Of a stretch of 64,000 nucleotides of DNA, positions 1-13,240 are shown piece by piece (the first letter of the stretch is position 1; each line of letters starts with the position of its first letter). The translations under genes and the position numbers were made by a program. The stretch spans positions 4,464,001-4,528,000 of the forward strand of contig OZ024753.1 in the NCBI GenBank assembly GCA_964016885.1. Direction: 5' to 3'. Under the pieces are notes generated by a model. The model was not told the DNA's origin. It saw only the letters and a program-made list of their open reading frames with translations, and did no database searches. The DNA is from Eledone cirrhosa. Taxonomy: Eukaryota.

Positions 1-111
1 GGCTGAACTCAAGCCGTTTCGACGGCTAATTCTGGACTAAATTTAGTGGTAAGGAACCAGGTGGGCCATAACGCACCAAAGTACTCAATACTTAGGGTAG
101 TAGAGTGGGTA

Positions 112-146
112 ATAGGAACAAGTAAGACCCCGGTGTCTTACTTGTT

Positions 147-151
<5 letters not shown>
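112..151. repeat. Perfect 17-bp inverted repeat (hairpin) abutting a (TA)n array
   Basis: ataggaacaagtaagac (112-128) / gtcttacttgttcctat (135-151), 6-nt loop; (TA)n follows at 150-216. Confidence 0.95.

Positions 152-216
<65 letters not shown>
150..216. repeat. (TA)n microsatellite
   Basis: Uninterrupted TA dinucleotide run. Confidence 0.99.
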
Positions 217-217
<1 letters not shown>

Positions 218-526
218 AAGGGATCGGACGTAAGTTGCCTCCGAAACCAGTATTTTTATCATTATTTTCGTCTCTGTTTAGACCACCTGTGTTCACCACG
301 TTTCCTTTATAACTGTTGTGCAGTGTACCTGATGGTGTCACTGTAATCTTACCGGTTATTGATATATATATAAGTGCCTGCAGAATAACGACTTTAAAGG
401 GATTTCAACATCTGTTCGTAGAATATCTTGCTTAAAACTAATAATACGTGTCTTCATTGTAGTGTTGTCTACGTTGCTATTTCTGTTTGCCTTTTGCCTA
501 TATAAATATAAATGTATATATATACA

Positions 527-574
<48 letters not shown>

Positions 575-1208
575 TATATATATATATACAGTATATATAT
601 ATATATATATCGTAGAAGTATATTTGTGTTTGTGTATATATATGCATGTGTGACTGTATGTATGTGCGTAGATATACACTCAAACGTATTATTTGTATGT
701 ATTTGGTGTGATTTCGATATATCACAAATTTGTTGAAATAATTCTTCTAGTAATCCGCATATATGTTTTTTTTCTTGTTGTGAATGAACCAAGATATCTC
801 CAATAATATACTAACATCACACTGCTTACAATAGTTTTTTTTTCAAAACATACAGTTCAATATGCAAACCAAAAGTGTCTATATAGGATTATTTCATTTA
901 AAGAATTGAAACGCTTCCTCTATAGAAATGTTTTGTTTTTTTTTGTAGAAAACGTGTATTTCAATTTTTCATTAAGATATGCTTATCTCTGAAACCTATA
1001 TATCTCGCCAAGTTGTTTCCAGTGGAGTATAAAAAACGTAATGCTATGTATAATATATAAATTGCAAGGTAATATTGATAAAAGCTACGTACGTTTTTTT
1101 ACTAATCAAAAAATATATAGTCTTTGCTTATACAATGAAACATGCTTTACAAGTATGTCAGTTATATGTTAGTCTAATACAATTCAAAGAAACTCATGCA
1201 CGTAAATA

Positions 1209-1258
<50 letters not shown>

Positions 1259-3819
1259 TCGTTTCATTGAGGCACACATGTCATTCTGGAGTTTCGACTA
1301 TTAACACATGGACATCCATGTGATAAACAGGTGAAACTCTAGATGCATATTAATCCTAAAGTCTAGATTAACAAATCTCAGTATTCAACCTGGCTGAAAT
1401 GAATATAAAAAAAAACTACATCGGTATTGAGTGCACTTTTCTCGCAGTCGTCTACCACATACGTATATATATATATCAAAATAACAGATTAAATTTTAAG
1501 CAAAGAATCGCTGCTTTCACCCTTAAATATTTGCTCTAGGGTTCTTATATATTTGATATATATTTATCCTTATCGAGCCCTCTTTGGATTTTAGTCTTCA
1601 CATTTCTTATTATTACTATATATATATTACAATGCGTAGTATTTATAATTTCTTTAATTGTGTTCTAGTCAGGATACATATTTATTCTATAATGCAATCC
1701 ATGACACAATCCATTGTCTTCAGATGCCACAAGGCAACCAATATATAACTTATATCGATCCTTATTTCTTTTTTTCCCTCTTTCATTTTTATTTCTCTTC
1801 TTCCTACTCAGTTCTTTTGAAGTAGTGTGTTTTGTTTTACTAGATAGTGATCACTAATTGTTATATAATGTCAATGGCCTTTCATAAAATTGTGAGATTC
1901 TGTAATATATATTACATTAAAATGCTAAAACAAAATTACAAACTGTTTTTAGGTAGTGAGAAATTAGAATACCAATAAAACGACAACAATTTAGGCAATG
2001 TTATCAACAATCAACTCATTAATACTGATTTGATTTTAAAACATCAATCATTTTATCCATCTTATCTTATACTATCCTACTACACAAATATATGTTACTT
2101 CTAAGACAAATATGTTCATGATTTCGCAGCTATTTCCATGGGAAACATTATTCCGTTCTAGCAGTTACCACCCCTAAATTTATTATATATTTCCCCTCAT
2201 ACTATGCAATGAGACGTTTCGCCAAACCTCGCGTGGTGATTTATGGCGTTTTGGGTAATATGTCTGGCAAATATTGCTTGCCTTTATGCACCTTTGGATG
2301 AGCATAAAAAAGCGTTTATACTTGAAGAATTTCTGAGGGTACGAATCCTAATAAATTATTAATGTCTAGTTTTTAATCATTTTGATATATTCGCCACACA
2401 GAAAGACATACACAGGCACGCATGTATATATATCTTTTTATATAGCGTATTCGCGTGTGTGCATGTGCGGCATATGTCTTAGTGTGAATGCGTGTGTAAT
2501 CACACATATGAAGCACAATTACCTGCCTATGCGCATAGAATAGCAATATTCAGGACATCGGACCTTTAATGTATGTGATGGCTAGTGAACATTATCGCAA
2601 ATCATTTAGCTGTCACTCTCAATAATATCAATTAGTAACATTTAATTCTAGCCTCATCACGTTTTTAATTCTCTTCTACCTCTATAAAATGATAAAGGCA
2701 AGACTAAAATCAATCCAATCAGTGGAATAGTTGATTACTGTTTCTCATATGATGACATGTAATTCAAGAAATATTTCACTTAATTAGCGTTACTCTGCAA
2801 TTAAATTTAATGCTTTATTTTTGAAGATATGTTGATTTTTCCTTCCTATGAAAGGAAACCAAATGATTTTCGCGCATCTGACAAGGCGGCATATGAAATA
2901 AGTGATGATTGTCATCTTCATCAAAATCAGTTACATAATCATCATCAATATTATAGTCTTAATGATGAGATAATTGTAATGGTTATCGAGGTCATCGTTC
3001 TTATCCTTGTTATCGTCTTAATGATCATTAAAATAATTATTATTTAAGCAACTGACGCTTATGTTATCAATGATGTGTTTAGTGAGAAGTGCAGCTTTTA
3101 TCATACTTTTTAGCATCGAAGTTTCTGAACACTATACAGTTGCTAGCACTAACATATGACGTTGATCATCATCATCATGAGCATCTTCAATTTTATCATC
3201 CTCCTGCTAATTAACACAATCTCCCTAATCATCATATAGATTATGAATACTCTCATATATATATATACACATATATTTGTGGGTGTGTGTTTCTGTGTGT
3301 TTGTTGTACTGTGTATGCGCTTGTGTGCCATGTGCTTTATTATCACAAACATAGTTGTTTGTGAATATTGTAAGTTTGATTGCGTAGAGGATATATCCTC
3401 ATCTGAGATTATATATGTCCGTTAGTTGATAAAACCACTTTTATATGTAAATTTAATTAACGTCACTGTTATATAAGTAAACAAGTCACTAACTGATGCG
3501 GATAATAAATGTTACTGATCCCGTATCCATCTTTGAAAAATCTAATCATTATTAAAATGTATCAAAATCCTTGCGAGGCGAATTAGAGAAATGAATCACC
3601 ATAATACACTGTTATTTAAATCCATGGATTGCGCCACCATATATGTCACCATTCGCTTCATGATGATAACGTTAAATGCTGTTAAATTTATTTTAAATAT
3701 TTTGTATTGTGAATTCAAGTGAATATCAAGATATCTGCTGTTAAAATTATCCGTAGATAATGTTTTAAGACGCATTCATGAACCGTCGAAGGAAGGAAAA
3801 GCAACTGATAATCCATTTA

Positions 3820-4018
3820 TAACACATTGATGTGTGTGGAGCCGAATCTTTCTTTTTCTTTTTGTGTTTCTTTTTTTTTTTGCTTTTGGGGGTTCCCCAA
3901 CATCTTCACTTGGTACTGTCATGGAACTAGTGGTTTAGGACTCTGTGTCAATGAGGATTGGGAATGTGTTTATGAGTTTGTGAGTTTTTTCTGTGTGTGT
4001 GTGTTTGAAAGAAAGAGA

Positions 4019-4072
<54 letters not shown>

Positions 4073-5025
4073 GGGAGTGAGAGGGGGGGAGTGCTATCTA
4101 GAGAAACTTTCTTAGTTTTCTTGTAGTTGCTCTTGGTAATGGTGATGTTTCCTTTGCTGGTTTTGGTTTCTTGGGACTTTCGTGTTGAGGTGGTGTTGGT
4201 TTAGTTTGTGCTGGTGCTACTGTTGATGTAGTTACTGCCACTGTTGTGGATGCTGCTAGAGTTGTTGCCGATTCCGTTGTTGTGCTCCTGTTTTTTGCAG
4301 CAATTGGGCTAGGTCTTTGTCTTCTGTTGAGGATAAAAACTCTTAAGTGTCCAGTTTCTCCACAAAGATGGCAATCTGGGTTTTTAACTTCCATGACTAG
4401 GATTAGCAACGCTTCCGCTGGTGGATGAATGAAGTGTTTTCCGTCTTCTCTAGTTTGATATGCGAGAGAATTTCTAAACATTATCACTGACCAGTGTTCT
4501 CTCCGGATGCGCTTGGCTGCCAAGAGTGTTTCACTACCCTTTCGTACCACACAGTCTAGGAACCACCAGATGTTCTCTCGGATACCACTGATTCTGACTC
4601 TTACGGTCCTTCTTCTGTGGTACAAAGGGTATAGAACATCTTGTTGTTATTGTCATTCATGTGGTTATCATTTATGCTGTTGTTGTCGTGTGTGTTCGGT
4701 TTAATTTACTTTTCGTTTCCGTTGTTTCAGTGGTGGGGGCGGTGATGTCTGTGGTCACGCCTAACATCATTGTGGCGAGGGCGGCGGCATTAACTGTGGT
4801 AAACATCAGCAGAGCCGTAAAGTGCGCTTTGCTTTTGCGAGATACATTTTGGTTGCAGCTGCTGTCATTGTTTTCAGAATTTCGGCTGCTCCACTCTATG
4901 GACATCTCGCCATTCCATTTTCCCGGAATCTCACTTTTCACAGAAAATTGAGGGGCATGTATGTAAAATTTACACAGGTTTAACCCATAGGGCTTTCAAG
5001 TGGAGCTAAAATCAGCTGACCACGA
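3820..5025 (-). mobile_element. Decayed non-LTR retrotransposon ORF1-like (gag-like, zinc-knuckle) remnant, probably L1/Tx1-type
   Basis: Minus ORF 4098-4625 reads (V)LYPLYHRRRTVRVRISGI...CHLCGETGHLR (C-X2-C-X4-H at 4347-4373, last Cys lost at an apparent frameshift), then a Thr/Pro/Lys-rich tail. Upstream broken ORF 4672-4941. GC is higher than the flanks. Boundaries approximate. Confidence 0.65.
4015..4090. repeat. (GA)n microsatellite
   Basis: gagagaga run within the ORF1-like element. Confidence 0.95.
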
Positions 5026-5147
5026 TGTTGGTTCACTTAATTTCAAAAGAGTATCAAGATTTCGATGCAAAGTGTTGAATAACAGAGGAAATAGAAGCTT
5101 ACAGGAACGACGTGAACCACGTCTTGACAGAACAACAGAACAAATAA

Positions 5148-5216
5148 TAGTAATAATGTTAATGATAATAATAATAATTATTATTATTATTAATAATAAT
5201 AATAAAAATAATAATT
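5148..5216. repeat. (AAT)n/(ATT)n trinucleotide tract
   Basis: Alternating aataat/ttatta blocks. Confidence 0.9.
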
Positions 5217-6485
5217 GAAAACTAAATGCTCCGTATGACCTTGGCATTTTCTTGTGTTTGACAGGTGAATGCCATGCACTAGTTATTGTTATGATTTCCT
5301 GCACTAAAACATCCATTATTTTCTGACATTTGAAACGGTGATAATCTTCGTAGCATTCTCACTCTCATCGTTTTACTTTCTCTCTTCTCGTTGATCTCTT
5401 CTCCGTTATTCTTCAGTCATAATTATATTTATTCATTCATTTTTATTATTTCTTTCGTCATTTAAGAATATTATAAAATGATTCCTCGCTATTTAAAACA
5501 TTTCTGTTTCCGCTACCACATAATTTATCTCAAGCTTCTGCTACCAATATTATTTCTCTTATTGGTATTCAATGAAATTCTAACCACACTTGTTCTGCCG
5601 TCATTTCACAAACTGTTATTGCTCAATGCATTTGATATCAAACTCTACGCATGTATTTTAAGGGCTGGTTTTCGTTTTCTTTTTTTTTTTTCTCAGATCC
5701 TGAGATTTTCAGTGCTTGTCAATTTTAGAAAATAAAAAAAATATTAGATTCCTTCTTTTGGCATGTCATCTAAAAGCAACAATCTCTATTCAACATGAAG
5801 CTAACATTAGATTTTTAATATTATTTATGGCAATACAAATATTTAAATGTCATGGATAATTTTAAAGGAAATGGCAGACTTTATGGAACCAATTTAATAA
5901 CAAGCTTTAGAATTTTGGAAGCCTGGCATTTCAGTTGTTCAAAAAGAGCCCGCTATTAGATATTATAGTGAAAGGCGCCACTGATTGAATTGAACTTATG
6001 TAGTAAAACATACACACTGAAAAGTTAGCCGTCATATTACAGGTATATTTGGAAGTATACCTATGCCACTGCTAGTCAACAACTGGTAAATGAGTACAAT
6101 GTCGTAGATCTATTAATAGAATTCAATGAATTAACACGTTGCAATAGTAACATTACTGTGATTAAGGAAATATATATATATATATTAGTTTAACAATGAT
6201 AATGATAACGAAGGCAAGTTAATTTACATATTCTTTTGTTTTAGGATCGTTTTGGAGGGTTGATCATATTGATATATTGTTCACCACATTGAATATATAT
6301 ATCAAAATTAACCCAAAATCTCATTGGGGTGGGTTAGAAGCCAAATATGCTAATACTAATAAAAATCGGTAATGTAAACACATTTCGTGTTTATCATATA
6401 CTTTAAATGTATTAACTGCTCGGAAGAGCCCCTTCCTGGAGCTTAATTATTGTAAACGACTGAGAGTTTATTCTCAAAATTTAAT

Positions 6486-6491
6486 ATAAAT

Positions 6492-6522
<31 letters not shown>

Positions 6523-6601
6523 AATATATATAAATATATATATAAATATATATAAATATATATATAAATATATATATATATAAATATATATATATATAAA
6601 T

Positions 6602-6634
<33 letters not shown>

Positions 6635-6648
6635 AATATATATATATA
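6486..6648. repeat. (TA)n array with periodic TAAA interruptions
   Basis: Direct reading. Confidence 0.95.
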
Positions 6649-6682
6649 TTGTTATACTTTGGGAGGGTCATGTTGCCAATAA

Positions 6683-6683
<1 letters not shown>
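6649..6683. mobile_element. Terminal fragment of the fold-back repeat family also found at 9199-9303 and 24596-25172
   Basis: ttgttatactttgggagggtcatgttgccaataa matches 24657-24690 and the reverse complement of 25136-25169; flanked by microsatellites on both sides. Confidence 0.85.
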
Positions 6684-6714
<31 letters not shown>

Positions 6715-6717
6715 ATT

Positions 6718-6813
6718 TGTTGAACAATGAAAACAAAAGGCGAAGATCGGAGATTAATCACTTAATGTTACTGCTTATGCACCAATCTTTGCGTTTGTTT
6801 TCATTGTCCAACA
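6718..6813. repeat. Imperfect ~32-bp inverted repeat between microsatellites
   Basis: tgttgaacaatgaaaacaaaaggcgaagatcgg pairs with ccaatctttgcgtttgttttcattgtccaaca. Confidence 0.85.
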
Positions 6814-7194
6814 CATATATATGACCTTGTAACTCGTTTAAATTGAAGAACGGAATATGATATGAAAGCCTATTACAAAAACATTAACTCTTATTACTTG
6901 ATCTTGTTGCAATTATTATTTCAGGATTACATTAAGCTCTAACAACGTTATTGGAACTAAAATAAACAGGAAAATAAATATTTCCCTCTATTTTCCTCAC
7001 TGAATATTTCACAGAATTGCCAATACGTTTTGAAAATATTGTAATGTGGAAGACATGGTTCCTTAATAATCAGGCAAGGGTCTCATAATGCCGTTTGTTC
7101 AGGTCGGTAGTATATATAACAATGATGTGATCAGGCAACGGGTGAGGACATGATATCTAGGAATCATGATGTCTAGAACACTGAAATCCGCTAT

Positions 7195-7322
7195 CAACTC
7201 TGTGTTTCATACATCTGCGGTTGACAGAATAAAACATGAGGCATCTAAACGTCGTACCTCAATTGACTAACTTCCATTCGAATATTATGGCCTTGTGGCT
7301 GTATTACCAGCATGATTATTAT
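7195..7322 (+). mobile_element. Old diverged copy of the tRNA-derived SINE family (3' part)
   Basis: gcggttgacagaataaa...caattgactaac...tggccttgtg...attattatc resembles the reverse complement of the younger SINE copies. Confidence 0.45.
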
Positions 7323-8421
7323 CATAGAATCAGACATAAGTTTGTATTTCAGGTGTTAACTGTGCTATATTAAACATTTATTTCTACGTACACTGAAACC
7401 AAATGCAATACATTTTCTTCATAGTTTTCTTCATAGTTTAGTTAACCATTATCAAATATATATCCACTTACACTTTGTTCTACAAATAACGGCCATTTTC
7501 TACATTGTTTTGTGTTATATAACACACGAGGATATTCTGATGAATTCTGTGAATATTAATATTCCGTTTTTAAAATTCGCTATCCAGTGTTACGTTCCTT
7601 TTAGAGACTACAGGTTGTGTGAAGAGTGGACGATTTGGCATAAATTTCTAGAATAATGTAAATACTAGACCACAAGACTATAATTGTAACACTAATGAAG
7701 GAAATTACGATTAATTAATCATTTAATTTTCACTCTGTTTTAGACAAGCCTGATTATGATTAAATTAAGAAATTTGGGTATGACCAATATATTTCATTTT
7801 TATCAAATCAAAAAAGATTTAATATTTATACTAAACAATTATAGAACTGTCTTTGCGAATTAAAAGTAAAGCTTGCATAAATAAAAGGAAGAGCTTATGA
7901 AACAAGGGTGAAATGATTTGGATTCTCCTTTTTCTCCACATCCTACTCTGCAGGTTTATAAACAACATTTAAACATGTTAATGTAGTCTGGATATCCAAT
8001 AACACGACTGGGATGTATTTCATCATGACCTGACTATTCTTTCAAAGCTAATATGGATCTAATCAAAAAGGAATCCTACAAAATAATTCATATATCTAAT
8101 CATATCTTGTTTTAATATAATGTGTTTTGCAATGTTACATTGCTTCCCATTTCGCAGGTTTATTGCGAGTGAATGACAATAAAAATCAGAGAGAGAGTAA
8201 TGCTGCTTGATATGTAATTAATGTGAATATGTGTAGAGACAATTAAAACAATCAGGAACCAGCAGCTAAGAAAAAGAGAGGCATTGAAGAATACGACTAT
8301 TCTATGAGAGGACAGAAAAAGACGAGTCAAAATATAGAGTGAAAGAAAATATAGTGAAGCGAGTAACAATTATATATTGTATGCACACATAGCACACATA
8401 GCACACATATACGCAAGTACA

Positions 8422-8473
<52 letters not shown>

Positions 8474-8485
8474 ACATACACACAC

Positions 8486-8537
<52 letters not shown>

Positions 8538-9198
8538 GTGTGTATATATGTGTGTGTGTGTGTGAGGGTGTGTGCGAATATTGAACGCAGGCCACCTAAC
8601 GGACAACACCATTATAACCGGAAGTAGTTATCTAAGGCCCATGGGTTCCCTCTCATCTCACACCGCTGGTCCCTAGTCATAAAGGCACTGTCACAGCCCG
8701 TGCGGTAGATTTGGTGTGCACGAGGCAATATCTTACCTCAAATAATATCTGCGCATCTTACTCTGTAATATAAATATATGAGAAATCAGAGGGTTTAAGA
8801 GAGAGTGGAGAGGAATTGTGAAAATCGCGAACAGATCGATTGAGCCGGATTTATGGAGAATTACGAAAAATAATTAAAATAATCGAGAAAGTAAAATAAC
8901 AAGAATAGAAATTTACCCTCGTATGAATCATCAGCTCCCGTCAATACTAACATAATTTCTCACGGGGAGGAGGGAAAGTGTATATAGGTTTTGCTAGCGC
9001 AACAGAACATAGATTTCTATTGTTCTGACGTACGTTGGAATAAGGGGGAAAGAGAGCAGTGGAGACGTCTATAGCAAGTCGTGTCTCTCAAGAAAAGAGG
9101 CTGTATGTTACCCTGAAGAGAACAGCAGTCTTATGACAATTCATAAAGATTCATCGCTTCAAACCTTTTCAATCAATCTAAGGTTTCATATATATATA

Positions 9199-9303
9199 TT
9201 ATTGTACTTTGGGAGGGTCATAACCCTCCCAAAGTATAACAATATCAGTTTCAACACACGTTTTCAGATAAAAAATCTTGCTAAACAAATTCAGAAACGA
9301 AAT
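9199..9303. mobile_element. Internally deleted copy of the 24596-25172 fold-back element
   Basis: Hairpin tactttgggagggt-cata-accctcccaaagta (9205-9236), then a ~65-bp tail that is the reverse complement of 24596-24660; (TA)n on both sides. Confidence 0.9.
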
Positions 9304-9922
9304 ATATATATATATATATGCATATTCATAAAAGTATGCACTGAGTAATCTCGATATTTACAAAATAGAATAACTAATAAATTTATATTTAGAATAATGT
9401 ATTTTCTCCTGTGTGTATCAGTTAGTGTTTCATGCACCTAAAACTAATATGGAAATATAGAGCAATATCTCGAAAATATATTTGAGTATACACTTGTACA
9501 TGCGTATATATTTTAACTAAATTTACCAAAATTAATTTTAAACATACACCCAGAAAAATGCATGAGGTACCAATTTATGTGTGCGTTTCCTCGAATTGTT
9601 TGTAGATGTGACAGTATGAATATACATTTCATATCTCGAAACAAATATATATGCTAGTAACAAAAGTAATTTCGTTCTTTGAAACAAAACTTAAGTAGGT
9701 GAGTAGCCTTCTACAAAGTTATGTAAAATAAATTAGTGCTATAATTACAGACATTATCTAACAAGGCAAGTGAATAGAGTGAATCATGTTTGCTGAAATC
9801 ATATCGCAGTTAGAAAATAGTACTTTACACACCAACTGCCGGAATATATATAGTAAACAAGAAGTCCAATTATTTTTGTACAGGATGCAGGTGCAAATAT
9901 CTTAATATAATTGTGTAGTTCG

Positions 9923-9958
<36 letters not shown>

Positions 9959-10370
9959 CGCGTGCGTGTGCGTGTGCGTGTGTGTGTGTGTGTGTGTCTG
10001 TCTGTGTTATATCTTCGTATACATGTCTGTACGTATATGTGGATAAATGCATTAGTACTGAACTCTTATATATTTAGATATTTCGAATGACATTCTAACA
10101 ATCCACCCATATCAGACGAACACACTCAGAAATACACATTCTTTATTTCTATTTCTATAAACATACCTCTATATGTGTACACAGCCACGCACTGAGTCTA
10201 AATATATGTGAAGACACATCGAATAAGGGTTGCGTTGATTGATACATGATGTCATTTTGATTCTAGAACGGTGCTCGCTGTGTCATGAGGATGTCAGCAT
10301 ATTTGACTTCGCTTTAATCCAGTTATTGCATATACATGTTAAGTGTTTCAGACATTGTTTATAGCACTAC

Positions 10371-11738
<1,368 letters not shown>

Positions 11739-12433
11739 GAGAGACATAGAAAAAGAGAAAGGGGGAGATAGAGCGAAAGAGAGTGATAGAGAGGGAGAGA
11801 AATGGAAAGAAATGGATTTACATCGACAACTAGAATGTAGATATGTAGATATGGTAATAGATTGATAGACAAATTACGTTAATGTTATATATTTATGGTA
11901 CGTATATTATGCAATAAACAATGTAGTGGGTGTTTGTTTTCTTTTTAAATTAGTATACTGCATAACTATTTTCTATATTAATATATTATATTTACGTTCA
12001 TCTAACATGATATGAATCAATATATATGATCATTTCATAATATTATTCAGAAAAATAATTGTCAATGGATATTGATTAAGAAATATTACTCCACCATTTT
12101 TAGATATGTGTATTAATATATTTCATATTTTGTCAAATAATACAGGAGAAATTTATATACTTGTACAGATCTATAAAATTAAAGCGTATATTATGAAATA
12201 AATGATTGAATTATATACCTTAATTTACTGCTATTGTATGTTGAAAACCTATATAAATGTTATTTGAGGTCTTGGCAAAAAATTTAATTCTGTAACAGTT
12301 GCCTAATATATATATTGTTAAATCACTAATCATTTCAAAATATGCGTAATAGGACAAAATTCGTTAATGAACAACTTTTGTAAAGTTGTAATGTAACGGA
12401 ATATGTTTTATAAATCAATGGCCAAATTGTGTG

Positions 12434-12599
12434 TACGATGGTGTGATGAAGTGTTCACAGGCTGACAATAAAGGAGTGATGATCACGCTGTGAAATCTTC
12501 CAGTTATTAATTTCTTCTCTTTTTATTAATAGCTGCATCGGTTTCTTCTGGAATAAACCTCAATTGGTCAGCCTGTCCACTTTTCAGCCGACCTTCATA
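12434..12599. mobile_element. Tc1/mariner-type MITE (diverged ~35-bp TIRs, TA ends)
   Basis: Left end tacgatggtgtgatgaagtgttcacaggctgacaa; reverse complement of right end tatgaaggtcggctgaaaagtggacaggctgaccaa; both begin with TA. Confidence 0.65.
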
Positions 12600-13144
12600 A
12601 ATATATATGTACCTTTATCAAAATATGCTGTCATGTATTCTATTGACACGGGAGCACAGGAAATCACCATGGATGGTAAGGCATATGAAGTTCATATATT
12701 CGATCACATATGTGATATTTAGAATAAAGAATGAAAACCTTTATGTGATTGTGTTAGTATTAAACATTTGCATTTATAATATTCCAATTCTAGAATATAT
12801 AAATATAATAATAATTTAATGTTAAACTATTTTAGAATGAAATATAAAGTTAATAATATCTATAAAATTGAGGTATATACCGACCATAGCATAACCTGCA
12901 TACTCAACTAATGCCTGTGAATAAATATCAAGTCATTAAATTGGCACCATGCGTCACTTCGGTGTGTAGTGATGAAATGAAGCTAGAGCGTAGGATTAGA
13001 TATATCGTATTTCACATTGCTCTCTGTAGCTTGCAATAATACCCACCAATTTCAAATCCGTTTTGAGTTGAGAAATAAATATACCAGTCACGGTTTAGTG
13101 CCTCCATTTCGGCTCTATCGTTTCTTGTGATCGTTAAGATGAAC

Positions 13145-13240
13145 ATAATTGTTTCTACTTTTGGCAGAAGGCCAGCAATTAACCAGTGTATTACTGGTAC
13201 TTTATTTTATCGACCCCATAAAGATGAAAGGCAAAGTTAA
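13145..13240 (-). mobile_element. tRNA-derived SINE family A, 5'-truncated copy
   Basis: ataattgtttctacttttggcagaaggccagcaatt...ttactggtactttattttatcgacccc..gatgaaaggcaaagttaa, near-identical to 22456-22552. Confidence 0.9.

Noticed and set aside
9108-9190. CTGAAGA ... cAAAC hammerhead-like motif
   Set aside because: G12 absent and stems I/II not convincing.
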